A DNA stretch of 32,000 nucleotides from Zymomonas mobilis subsp. mobilis ATCC 10988 (GCF_000175255.2 NC_017262.1:480001-512000); one strand, 5' to 3'. Numbered from the stretch's first letter, positions 1-8,180 are shown. Notes: generated by a model not told the origin, from the letters alone. A program made the numbers and translations.

Positions 1-1
1 G

Positions 2-496
2 ATTTCCAATATCGTTACCCTCATTGATGATATCGCATTTCAAACCAATCTTTTGGCTTTAAATGCTAGTATTGAAGCCGCGAAAGCGAGCGAAGCAGGT
101 CGAGGCTTCACCGTTGTTGCGAATGAAGTTCGGGCGCTGGCTCAGCGTTCAGCCGAAGCCGCCGCAGGTATTAAAACCCTTATTGAAGACAGTTTAAAAC
201 AGCTTAGCATCACAAAAAATCATGTTGAAAATACCGGCAAAACCTTTGAAGAAATTATAGAGAGTATCGAAACCGTTAACCGGCAGGCTCATGATATTTC
301 ACTATCAGCGGCATCTCAATCACAAGAGCTGCAAAACGCCGCTGCGACCGTTAAAAATACTGAACAAATAACGCAACAAGGGGGCGTTATTGTTGAGCAA
401 TCAACCGAAGCTTCTCGAAATATTGTCGAGGCAATTGACCTACTTGGCACCGCTTTGGAACGTTTTCATCTAGGGGCAGATGAGAAAACAAACTAA
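2..496 (+). CDS. Methyl-accepting chemotaxis protein, C-terminal signalling domain (5' end lies outside the window)
   Basis: The frame is open from base 2. The translation [54 protein letters not shown] is the highly conserved MCP hairpin-tip signalling motif. The M at 53 in the ORF track is an internal TTG (Leu). Stop at 494-496. There is no C-terminal NWETF-type pentapeptide. Confidence 0.9.
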   Translation: MSNIVTLIDDIAFQTNLLALNASIEAAKASEAGRGFTVVANEVRALAQRSAEAAAGIKTLIEDSLKQLSITKNHVENTGKTFEEIIESIETVNRQAHDISLSAASQSQELQNAAATVKNTEQITQQGGVIVEQSTEASRNIVEAIDLLGTALERFHLGADEKTN

Positions 497-716
497 TTTT
501 GCTTTATTTATAGCGATAAAAAACGTCAAATATCATGCGCGCTTTCCAATTGATCCTTGACGTAATAGGAAAAATTTTCCAGCCTATTTTGCCTTTTTGA
601 TATAATAACAAGACGGATAAAGGCTTTAGGCAATCGCTATTTTCTGAATGTCCCTTTTCGGCATTCAAAGGTAACAGGAACTATCAGACGTTCTTTCGGG
701 GAAGACGGTATAATTT

Positions 717-2390
717 ATGACACAGCCCGAAAAAAAACTGTTTACTTTATGGCAAGCCCAAAAAAAAACGATCGAAAATGATCTAAAGGCCTGTCAGGCC
801 GGTATCTATGACAGCAAATGCCTGCTCCGTCTGGAAATGGCGATAAAAGAACTGAATAATCAGGCCTCTGGCAATAATGAAACAGCGTTAGTTCAGTTAA
901 CTTTTTTACTAGCGCAACTGATAGAAGCGATCCGCAAAGATCGCTTGGCTTTAAATCTGTTCTTAATTGATCTTATCCAGCGTAGTTTTGATACGATCGA
1001 AAATGACATTCTGGCCATTACATCAAAACAGATTCCGGTTGACCAGACCCAGATTGAAGAAGAATTACAAAAGACAATCGCCCATTCTTCTCAATATGCG
1101 ATTAAAAAAGTCGGTCATGAAATCACTATAGACAAGCCAGAAGTCATTTTATCCAAAAACGCTCTGGTGGCCGATGATCCCGTAACGCGTATTCATCAAA
1201 ATGCCACGGATGAAACGCTTCACGTTGAAGGCAGTCTTGAACCGCATATTCCAGTTAATCCTGAAAAACTGGATAACCTATTCGATATATTCCACGAAAT
1301 GCTGAGCATTCGTTCAGAATTAAGTCTCACTCATGGCCTTTCAGATGAAAAAGCTGGTCGGGTCAATGCGCTCGAAAAATTGGATCAACTGATCCAATCT
1401 GCCAATAATTATGCTATGGCGCTCCAAACTCAGACTATCGAGCCGCTTTTTAAACAAGTCATTGATATCATTAAGCAAAGATGCGGTAATAATCACAAAA
1501 ATATTATTTTTTCAGTTATCGGATCTGAAATCAAAATCGACAAACGGATCGTCATTGATCTTGGCAAGGCTTTACTTGAACTTGTCGATAATGCGGCCTT
1601 TCACGGCATTGAAGAAAGCGAAACGCGTCAGGAAATGGGTAAACCTCGCGAAGGTCATATTCGCTTGGAAGCCCGCTATCATGCCAGCCGCTTAAAGATC
1701 ATTATCGCCGATGATGGCCGTGGCATTCTTTGGAAAAAACTGGTCAAAATTGCCGAACAATACGGCATAATTGCAGATAAAGATGCTCCAGATGGGAAAG
1801 CAGACGAAACGCAATCTTTTGAAAGCCATGCCTCGCATCATGGAAAAGGCGGCTTTGCGACCGTCAAAGACATTGTTCAGTCATTAAAGGGAGAAATCCG
1901 CATTTATGCTCCTCCCCGTTTAGGCACGCGGGTCACGATGCTTCTACCCCTTAATCAAACGATGGTTGAAGGCCTGATTACCACCGTCAAAGATCAAAGC
2001 TATATCCTGCCTATCTCCGATATCATCGAAAGCATCGCGGTCAACGCAGAAGATATTCATTGGGTCGATGAAAGACAGTCAATGATCCAACTACGGGATC
2101 AGTGGTTTCCGGCTATTGCGCTTTCTGCCTTATTGGGAGAGGAAAATTTCACACAGGATTCTTTTAAGACAGGCCGAAAAATCCTGATCAGAATTGACCC
2201 GACGATTCACCAACCAGAAGTGATGATTATCGTTGATGCTCTTGAAAGCCAAAGACAGGTTTTAGTTCAAAGCCTCGAAAAAAATTTCCAAGCTGTGCAC
2301 GGTATTAGTGGGGTTGCTTTTCTACAAGAAGGTCAAACGGCTCTAGTTATTGACATAGACTCCTTATTAAACCCTCACAAATACAGTTAA
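717..2390 (+). CDS. cheA: CheA-like histidine-kinase homologue (atypical: HPt-like N-terminus without His, diverged ATP lid, C-terminal CheW-like domain)
   Basis: 557-aa ORF with an ATG start. It has a dimerisation-like segment VNPEKLDNLFDIFHEMLSIRSEL, an N-box-like LVDNAAFHGIE, a G1 box DDGRGI, the kinase-core end GTRVTMLLPL, and a CheW-like domain MVEGLITTVKDQSYILPISDIIESI. The first His is residue 123 by manual count. Confidence 0.75.
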   Translation: MTQPEKKLFTLWQAQKKTIENDLKACQAGIYDSKCLLRLEMAIKELNNQASGNNETALVQLTFLLAQLIEAIRKDRLALNLFLIDLIQRSFDTIENDILAITSKQIPVDQTQIEEELQKTIAHSSQYAIKKVGHEITIDKPEVILSKNALVADDPVTRIHQNATDETLHVEGSLEPHIPVNPEKLDNLFDIFHEMLSIRSELSLTHGLSDEKAGRVNALEKLDQLIQSANNYAMALQTQTIEPLFKQVIDIIKQRCGNNHKNIIFSVIGSEIKIDKRIVIDLGKALLELVDNAAFHGIEESETRQEMGKPREGHIRLEARYHASRLKIIIADDGRGILWKKLVKIAEQYGIIADKDAPDGKADETQSFESHASHHGKGGFATVKDIVQSLKGEIRIYAPPRLGTRVTMLLPLNQTMVEGLITTVKDQSYILPISDIIESIAVNAEDIHWVDERQSMIQLRDQWFPAIALSALLGEENFTQDSFKTGRKILIRIDPTIHQPEVMIIVDALESQRQVLVQSLEKNFQAVHGISGVAFLQEGQTALVIDIDSLLNPHKYS

Positions 2391-2626
2391 TTTTACATTA
2401 TTTTAAAAGAATATATTTTTATTATTACGTAAAATATTTTAATTTAAAAATCCGTTTTGGATGGATGCGCATTTTTATTGAGGAGTCGGTTTTTATATTT
2501 TTGACGACTTCGGATTTTCTATAAAAATTGATAATTTTTCCAGAAGAGCATTGCCTTATATGTCTGAAATATAAAGACAAAAGCCGATTTTGTTAAGCAT
2601 ATTTTAGAGTTTATGGTATTAAACTT

Positions 2627-2642
2627 TCTATCAAATGATAGA
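2627..2642. promoter_or_regulatory. Perfect 16-bp palindrome TCTATCA-AA-TGATAGA upstream of cheB-like gene (candidate operator)
   Basis: Read directly: TCTATCA at 2627-2633, AA, then TGATAGA at 2636-2642. It lies about 105 bp upstream of the ATG at 2747, inside a 356-bp AT-rich spacer. Confidence 0.3.
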
Positions 2643-2746
2643 CATTCAATAGGATTTAGAAATATCGGTTTTTAAACAACTGCTTCATATTGAACCAGTT
2701 TTCTCCACATAACGGGCGTTTTAAAATCAATATAAAGGGATACGGA

Positions 2747-3772
2747 ATGAGCGATCCTGTTCGCGTTTTAATTGTTGATGATTCTCTCACCATGCGCACC
2801 CTCTTTTCCGAGGTGCTGGACAGCTTTGATAATATTCAGGTTGTCGGCGTCGCGGCGAATGCAGATGAAGCACGGGAACGTATTACAGAATTATCACCCC
2901 AGGTCATTACGCTTGACGTCGAAATGCCGGGAATGAGCGGTATCGAATTTCTCGAAGAAATCATGAAAGAACGGCCAATGCCGGTCATCATGCTTTCGAC
3001 GCTGACCCAGCGTGGTGCAGAAATTTCACTGCGTGCTTTGGAATTGGGCGCATTTGAATGCTTCCCGAAACCACAGAATGTGACTCTGGAAGTTTTCAAA
3101 AAACTTGGGCCTAAACTGGCTGAACTGATTGTTGCTGCGGCTGGCGGTAAAATCCGTAAAAAGACCAGACAGCGTAAGGTTGCCAAAGACGAACTGGAAT
3201 GGAATGGTAAGATGATTGCCCTTGCGACCTCAACGGGTGGCGTGGATGCAATGCTTGACATTTTACCGGAATTTCCGGCCAACTGCCCTCCGACCCTTAT
3301 TGTTCAACCTTTGGATGATAGTTTTACCGAAATTTATCTGACTCGTTTGGGTTCTGCTATCAAACCTCAGGTCAAACTGGCCAAAGATGGTGCCAAATTA
3401 AAACAAGGCGTGATCTATATTGCCAGCGACACCAATAACCATGTGGTGATTGACCGTTGGCCTGATCCGACCATTCGCTTGCTTCCCAAGGAACCTGTCC
3501 AAGGCCACCGCCCCAGCGCCAGCTTGCTATTTGCAGCCCTTGCAAAAACCGCCAAAGATGATGTTGTTGCCGGTATTTTGACGGGGGTTGGTGATGATGG
3601 CGTTGCCGGGATGCGGGCATTGAAAGCTAGTGGCGCGTTCACTTTTGCTCAAGATCAGGAAACCGCTATCGCTGGTGATGCACCCCGCGCTGCTCGCGAT
3701 GCCAAGGTTATCGATCAGGAGGTCGCTATCGGCGATATCGCCTCTGTGGTTCTTGCTAAATGTCAGAAATAA
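2747..3772 (+). CDS. cheB: CheB-like response regulator / methylesterase-domain protein (catalytic His position occupied by Pro)
   Basis: ATG at 2747 is preceded by AAAGGGA, and the product then starts MSDPVRVLIVDDS like other CheB proteins. The TTG at 2690 in the ORF track adds 19 unlikely residues. The REC domain has DD, TLDVEMP and KP. The esterase domain has ATSTGG (Ser) and LTGVGDDG (Asp). It reads IVQPLDDSFT where E. coli CheB reads ITQHMPPGFT. Confidence 0.85.
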   Translation: MSDPVRVLIVDDSLTMRTLFSEVLDSFDNIQVVGVAANADEARERITELSPQVITLDVEMPGMSGIEFLEEIMKERPMPVIMLSTLTQRGAEISLRALELGAFECFPKPQNVTLEVFKKLGPKLAELIVAAAGGKIRKKTRQRKVAKDELEWNGKMIALATSTGGVDAMLDILPEFPANCPPTLIVQPLDDSFTEIYLTRLGSAIKPQVKLAKDGAKLKQGVIYIASDTNNHVVIDRWPDPTIRLLPKEPVQGHRPSASLLFAALAKTAKDDVVAGILTGVGDDGVAGMRALKASGAFTFAQDQETAIAGDAPRAARDAKVIDQEVAIGDIASVVLAKCQK

Positions 3773-4092
3773 AATCAGATAAAGATTTTCTCAATCCGGA
3801 ACAGGCTCGTCCCTGTTCCGGAGATTTGTGCAAAAATAATCGGGCAACCACCCTTTTATTTAAAAAGCTGGCCGCCGAAGTCGCTTTGGTGCGCCATGAT
3901 GTCGAACATCTATCAGTGATATTATGCGGCGATAGCTATGTTGTCGAAAATCATGTCTCTGTTTTACAGGATTTCGACCATATTACACAAAGGCTTGCTA
4001 TCATCGCGGATATCTTACAGGCTGATGATCGCCTTGAAGCGGTCAAACATATCCCGCTTGAGGTTTTGGCAGCACGCCTCAATAACAAATAA
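3760..4092 (+). CDS. Hypothetical 110-aa protein, start overlaps the cheB-like stop by 13 nt
   Basis: The ATG at 3760 lies inside the last codons of the cheB-like gene (aaATGtcagaaaTAA). No competing ORF exists, and codon usage resembles the neighbouring genes. I see no SD, which is consistent with translational coupling. I recognise no family. No TM segment; it appears mostly helical after a polar N-terminus. Confidence 0.5.
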   Translation: MSEIKSDKDFLNPEQARPCSGDLCKNNRATTLLFKKLAAEVALVRHDVEHLSVILCGDSYVVENHVSVLQDFDHITQRLAIIADILQADDRLEAVKHIPLEVLAARLNNK

Positions 4093-4118
4093 TGCAAGGC
4101 GTCTTTTCTAAAAAATAA

Positions 4119-4142
4119 GCCGGATCTTAAAAAAGCTCCGGC
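4119..4142 (-). terminator. Hairpin GCCGGA-N12-TCCGGC between convergent genes; T-run follows on the minus strand (candidate hpnM terminator)
   Basis: GCCGGA at 4119-4124 pairs with TCCGGC at 4137-4142. The plus-strand A-run at 4111-4115 becomes a U-run 3' of the hairpin for the minus-strand transcript. Confidence 0.4.
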
Positions 4143-4161
4143 CTAAGGAAATACGCTTCAA

Positions 4162-4752
4162 TTATTTCATGGTTTTGGCATCAATCGTTGCCAATTTGTG
4201 AACCAGTCCCGGAATACCATTAGAAGCAACCGTCGAAGAGAAGTCAGCGCGCTGAACCGCTAACTGGCTGACGCCATCCGAAATAATATCGACGATTCTC
4301 CATTTACCCTGACTAAAACGCATCCGGTAAATCAGCTTATCACTCGTGATCGTTGCCCGTACCAATTTATCAGAACCACGGCTGGTAACAGGCAGTTCGG
4401 TTTTAAACTGTTCACCGCCATAACTGACAAAATTGCTGGCCAACATAACGGCACTATGATGTTCCAAAGCCGCAATAGCCTGATCGCGATCCGCTTGGGA
4501 AGCTGAAGACCAACCAGATCCGACAACCAAAGACGTCATGGTTGGCATGTCATAATAGTCATGAACCAAGGTTTCAAAGCGCGTTATCCGGCCAGAAATT
4601 CCAAGGCTTTTTCCCTGCTTCATGATTTCGATAATAGCATTGTGATAGGCGTCAATTTGGGTGGCGGCAGGATCGCTCGCTTGAGCAAAGGCTGCAACCG
4701 GCGCTACCGTCACCAAAATAGCGGGTATTATATTTTTCAATTTTAAAGCCAT
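4162..4752 (-). CDS. hpnM: HpnM-type hopanoid-associated periplasmic protein (MlaC/Ttg2D toluene-tolerance family)
   Basis: 196 aa with a signal peptide MALKLKNIIPAILVTVAPVAAFAQA. The body resembles Ttg2D/MlaC-like lipid-binding proteins, and the gene sits next to the ispH/hpnH/hpnG/shc cluster, as HpnM does. Confidence 0.7.
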   Translation of the reverse strand: MALKLKNIIPAILVTVAPVAAFAQASDPAATQIDAYHNAIIEIMKQGKSLGISGRITRFETLVHDYYDMPTMTSLVVGSGWSSASQADRDQAIAALEHHSAVMLASNFVSYGGEQFKTELPVTSRGSDKLVRATITSDKLIYRMRFSQGKWRIVDIISDGVSQLAVQRADFSSTVASNGIPGLVHKLATIDAKTMK

Positions 4753-5247
4753 AAAAAATCCTACTCTTCAATTCACATGAATATGGAAAGAGGCAAAATA
4801 CGATTCCACATTTCTTACTTATCTCCCATTTATAAAAATGCCGGAAATAATGGAAATGTAATATCCTGATTTTCCCGTCGGCTTTCTTCCCTTGGTTTAA
4901 TATGTCTTTTTAAAAAGCATCTAATGAACGAGGAAAGAACAATAACCTTGAAACAAGCATCCGTCCCATCACTCATCGCCGGTTTAGAACTTTTTGTCTA
5001 ATCCTTCACAAAAAATGCTTCATTATGCCTTGATGAAAAAAAACGTCAAAAAAAGGGTTGAGTTTCCGTTTTTGACCGCAACATCTGAAAATACTGTGTT
5101 TTTTATACATAATTCACACGAAATCTGCCGTTTCTATGCTACATTATGCGTTATCTGCTTTAGAATTATCTATAAAATAGATACAGACCTGTGTCAGGTT
5201 AGACTTGCAAGGTCTAGAATTAAGAACATCCAAAATCGGGACTGTTT

Positions 5248-6270
5248 GTGATAAAAATCATTCTGGCTCAACCGCGTGGCTTCTGTGCCGGCGTGATCCG
5301 TGCTATCGAAATTGTCGATCAGGCATTAGACCGTGTCGGAGCGCCTGTATATGTCCGCCATGAAATCGTTCATAATCGTCATGTTGTCGATACATTAAAG
5401 GCAAAAGGCGCTGTCTTTGTCGAAGAACTCTCCGAAGTTCCCCCCGGCGAAGTCACTGTTTTCAGTGCGCATGGCGTTGCTCGCACCGTTCAAAAGGAAG
5501 CCGAAGAACGCGGCTTGCCGGTGGTCGATGCGACCTGCCCTTTGGTAAACAAAGTGCATGCGCAAGGCCGACGTTACCTTTCTCATGGACGGACTTTGAT
5601 TTTAATTGGCCATGCCGGTCATCCTGAAATTGAAGGTACTTTAGGCCAGATTGATGGGCCTGTTCACCTCGTCGGTTCCGCCGAACAGGTAGATAGCCTT
5701 GACATTCCGTCCGATACGCCGGTCGCTTTCATCACCCAGACAACGCTTTCTGTTGATGATACCCGCTCGGTTATCGCTGCATTGCGCAAAAAATTTACAG
5801 ATGTCATTGGGCCCGATACCTCGGATATCTGTTACGCGACCCAGAATCGGCAAGCTGCGGTCAGAGATCTTTGCAAACAATCCGATCTCATTTTGGTTGT
5901 CGGTTCACCGAACAGCTCAAATTCCAACCGTTTGCGCGAAATTGGCTTAGAAGAAGGTCTTCCCAGCTATCTGATCGCCGATGGCAGCGAAATTGATCCT
6001 GTTTGGTTTGAAGGTATCAATACAGTCGGATTAACGGCAGGTGCCTCTGCGCCAGAAGAATTGGTGCAAAGCGTTATTACCGCCATCCGCGCTCTAGGCC
6101 CTGTCACTGTAGAACAGCTTGATGGTGTCGAAGAGAAGATTGCTTTCCGCTTGCCGCCAACCCTGCGCCATCTCAAAGCCCGCAATGCGGCACATAACAA
6201 TTTAGACAACAAAACTGCTGCTTCAGAAGAGGCGGACAGTCTCTCTAACGATACAGAACAGGAGGCTTGA
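5248..6270 (+). CDS. ispH: 4-hydroxy-3-methylbut-2-enyl diphosphate reductase (IspH/LytB)
   Basis: GTG start. [24 protein letters not shown], the HGV.. and ATCPLV Cys motifs, and [10 protein letters not shown] are typical of IspH. It carries a polar/acidic C-terminal tail of about 30 aa that canonical IspH lacks. Confidence 0.93.
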   Translation: MIKIILAQPRGFCAGVIRAIEIVDQALDRVGAPVYVRHEIVHNRHVVDTLKAKGAVFVEELSEVPPGEVTVFSAHGVARTVQKEAEERGLPVVDATCPLVNKVHAQGRRYLSHGRTLILIGHAGHPEIEGTLGQIDGPVHLVGSAEQVDSLDIPSDTPVAFITQTTLSVDDTRSVIAALRKKFTDVIGPDTSDICYATQNRQAAVRDLCKQSDLILVVGSPNSSNSNRLREIGLEEGLPSYLIADGSEIDPVWFEGINTVGLTAGASAPEELVQSVITAIRALGPVTVEQLDGVEEKIAFRLPPTLRHLKARNAAHNNLDNKTAASEEADSLSNDTEQEA

Positions 6271-6273
6271 GCC

Positions 6274-7419
6274 TTGGGTATTCCTTTTAGTCAGGTTTTA
6301 CGGATTGGTTCCTACATCCTTGGTAATCATATCAAAGGGACAAAGCGTTATCCTCTGGTTTTGATGCTTGAACCGCTCTTCCGCTGCAATCTTGCCTGTC
6401 AGGGCTGCGGTAAGATCGATTACCCCAAAGAAATTCTGAACCAGCGTTTGTCTTATGACGAATGTATGCAGGCTATTGATGAATGTGGCGCTCCGGTGGT
6501 TTCTATCGCCGGTGGTGAACCGCTGCTTCATCGCGACATGCCTAAAATTGTTAAAGGCGCTCTTGATAAAGGCAAATTCGTTATTTGCTGCACCAATGCT
6601 TTGCTTTTTGCAAAGAAGGTCGATCAATATGAACCGCGCCCCAATTTCACTTGGTCAATCCATCTTGATGGTGACAAGGAAATGCATGACCGCTCTGTTT
6701 CTTTAGACGGTGTCTATGAAACAGCGGAAGCTGCTATTCGTCTTGCCAAATCCCGTGGTTTTCAGGTTTCGATCAACTGCACGCTCTTTAACGATGCCAA
6801 TCCAGAACGGACGGCTAAATTCTTTGACCGCATGAAGGCCATCGGCATTGACGGCATCACGGTTTCTCCGGGTTACGCCTATGAACGGGCTGCCAATCAG
6901 GATGAATTCCTGAACCGCACCACCACGAAAAACCTGTTCCGCAACATTTTCCGTTTGGGCAAAGGTCATAAATGGCCGTTCAACCAGTCCATTCAGTTCT
7001 TGAACTTCTTGGCCGGTAACGAAACCTATAAATGCACGCCTTGGGGCAACCCGACCCGTACCGTCTTTGGCTGGCAGCGTCCTTGCTATCTTTTGGGTGA
7101 AGATTACGCCAAAAGCTTCAAAGACCTTATGGAAAATACGGCTTGGGATGATTACGGCGTTGGCAATTATGAAAAATGCCAAGACTGTATGGTTCACTCT
7201 GGTTTTGAAGCCACGGCGGTTATTGACACGGTTCGCCATCCGCTGAAAGCTGCTATGGTTGCTTTAAAAGGCATCAAAACAGAAGGTGCTATGGCACCCG
7301 ATATCAGCCTTGCCAATCAGCGTCGCGCCAAGGATGTGTTCTCCGATCACGTTCAGCAGCGTTTAGCTGAAATCCGGGAAGCCGAGGCTGCTGCCAAAAA
7401 GGAAACCGACGCGGCCTAA
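6274..7419 (+). CDS. hpnH: Radical-SAM adenosylhopane synthase HpnH
   Basis: TTG start 8 nt after AGGAGG (6260-6265) and 3 nt after the ispH stop. It has the radical-SAM CxxxCxxC motif (CNLACQGCG). The N-terminus MGIPFSQVLRIGSYILGNHIKGTKRYPLVLMLEPLFRCNL is typical of HpnH. Confidence 0.9.
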   Translation: MGIPFSQVLRIGSYILGNHIKGTKRYPLVLMLEPLFRCNLACQGCGKIDYPKEILNQRLSYDECMQAIDECGAPVVSIAGGEPLLHRDMPKIVKGALDKGKFVICCTNALLFAKKVDQYEPRPNFTWSIHLDGDKEMHDRSVSLDGVYETAEAAIRLAKSRGFQVSINCTLFNDANPERTAKFFDRMKAIGIDGITVSPGYAYERAANQDEFLNRTTTKNLFRNIFRLGKGHKWPFNQSIQFLNFLAGNETYKCTPWGNPTRTVFGWQRPCYLLGEDYAKSFKDLMENTAWDDYGVGNYEKCQDCMVHSGFEATAVIDTVRHPLKAAMVALKGIKTEGAMAPDISLANQRRAKDVFSDHVQQRLAEIREAEAAAKKETDAA

Positions 7420-8040
7420 CTCTTTCAAGGCTTTCGTTGCGGCCGTTGCTGTCGTGACGAAAGCCGGTATTTGGCTCGGTTTCAATAACAATGATTTCAG
7501 TAGGGCCGGTATCGCGACGCTGCCATCAGGCTGCATCGCCACCGAAAAAGCGGGAGGCAGAGCGTGATCGGCCTGATCTGAAATCACTCTTAAAATAATA
7601 AATGGACAATTATATTCTTGGGCTATTCGGGCAACGATATGGGATTCCATATCAACGGCGATAGCCTTTTGTTTTTTCTGAATGTCTTGTTTCTGGGCGA
7701 TATCGGAAACAAGAGTGCCATCTGAATAAATTATTCCCTTTTTTAATTTAGGGAAAATTTTCTCAAGCGAGCCTTGCCATGCTTCATCGCAATCGGCATC
7801 GACATTCCCTGTTAAATGGCTTCCGACAACCCAATCGCCTACTTTTAAATCAGAATCCAAAGCGCCAGCCAAACCAAAACTCACTAAACCGGCAATCGTG
7901 TTTTCTTGCATAATTCGGCGCAAAGATTCTTCGAGACGAATACTATCCCCTCCCCCTGCCAGAGACAAAACTTTTTCACATTGCGCCGCCGCCCGTGCTT
8001 CACGATCTATTCCGGTCACAGCAAGGATATGGTTCAGCAT
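7363..8040 (-). CDS. hpnG: Hopanoid-associated nucleoside phosphorylase/nucleosidase HpnG (PNP/UDP family)
   Basis: The ORF is open to a TTG at 8067. The ATG at 8040 is preceded by GAAGGA at suitable spacing and gives MLNHILAVTGIDREARAA. AVDMES is the PNP_UDP family motif. The 3' end overlaps the hpnH 3' end by 57 nt. Confidence 0.8.
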   Translation of the reverse strand: MLNHILAVTGIDREARAAAQCEKVLSLAGGGDSIRLEESLRRIMQENTIAGLVSFGLAGALDSDLKVGDWVVGSHLTGNVDADCDEAWQGSLEKIFPKLKKGIIYSDGTLVSDIAQKQDIQKKQKAIAVDMESHIVARIAQEYNCPFIILRVISDQADHALPPAFSVAMQPDGSVAIPALLKSLLLKPSQIPAFVTTATAATKALKELGRVGFLFGSSLGFPDFS

Positions 8041-8106
8041 ATTTTTTCCTTCATAATACCCCGCCAATCATCACAATATTTTATAAAAACAATATGATAA
8101 TACAAA

Positions 8107-8136
8107 AAAATACGGCCAAAAAATCAGCCGTATTTT
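8107..8136 (-). terminator. Rho-independent terminator downstream of shc
   Basis: AAAATACGGC at 8107-8116 pairs with GCCGTATTTT at 8127-8136, with a 10-nt loop. On the minus strand the 3' arm runs into further U residues (plus-strand A-run 8104-8110). Confidence 0.65.
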
Positions 8137-8180
8137 GATTTAGACGTATTTCATTACTAACAGGTTATAAAATCAGCCTG

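Noticed and set aside
1411-1695. 94-aa ORF inside the CheA-like gene. Similar embedded or antisense ORFs include 2836-3282, 3372-3642, 4332-4746, 5395-6212, 6298-7239, 8793-9962, 10044-10726, 11556-12240, 12714-13583, 14332-14656, 16045-16227, 16624-17668, 18891-19226, 19481-19726, 19944-20906, 21394-21861, 23323-23607, 25632-25841, 26314-26511, 27114-27645, 27822-28414, 28923-29228, 29298-29495, 29779-30330 and 31747-31968.
   Set aside because: Each one lies within, or antisense to, a CDS that has strong family motifs. Their translations are low-complexity or Arg/Ser/Leu/Phe-biased, and none has a recognisable motif or SD. They are most simply explained as chance open frames.
4994-5251. 85-aa ORF in the AT-rich region upstream of ispH
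   Set aside because: It has a TTG start with no SD. Its composition (F, I, K, N, C rich) is typical of translated AT-rich non-coding DNA. Its end overlaps the ispH start. It more likely covers the divergent hpnM/ispH promoter region.
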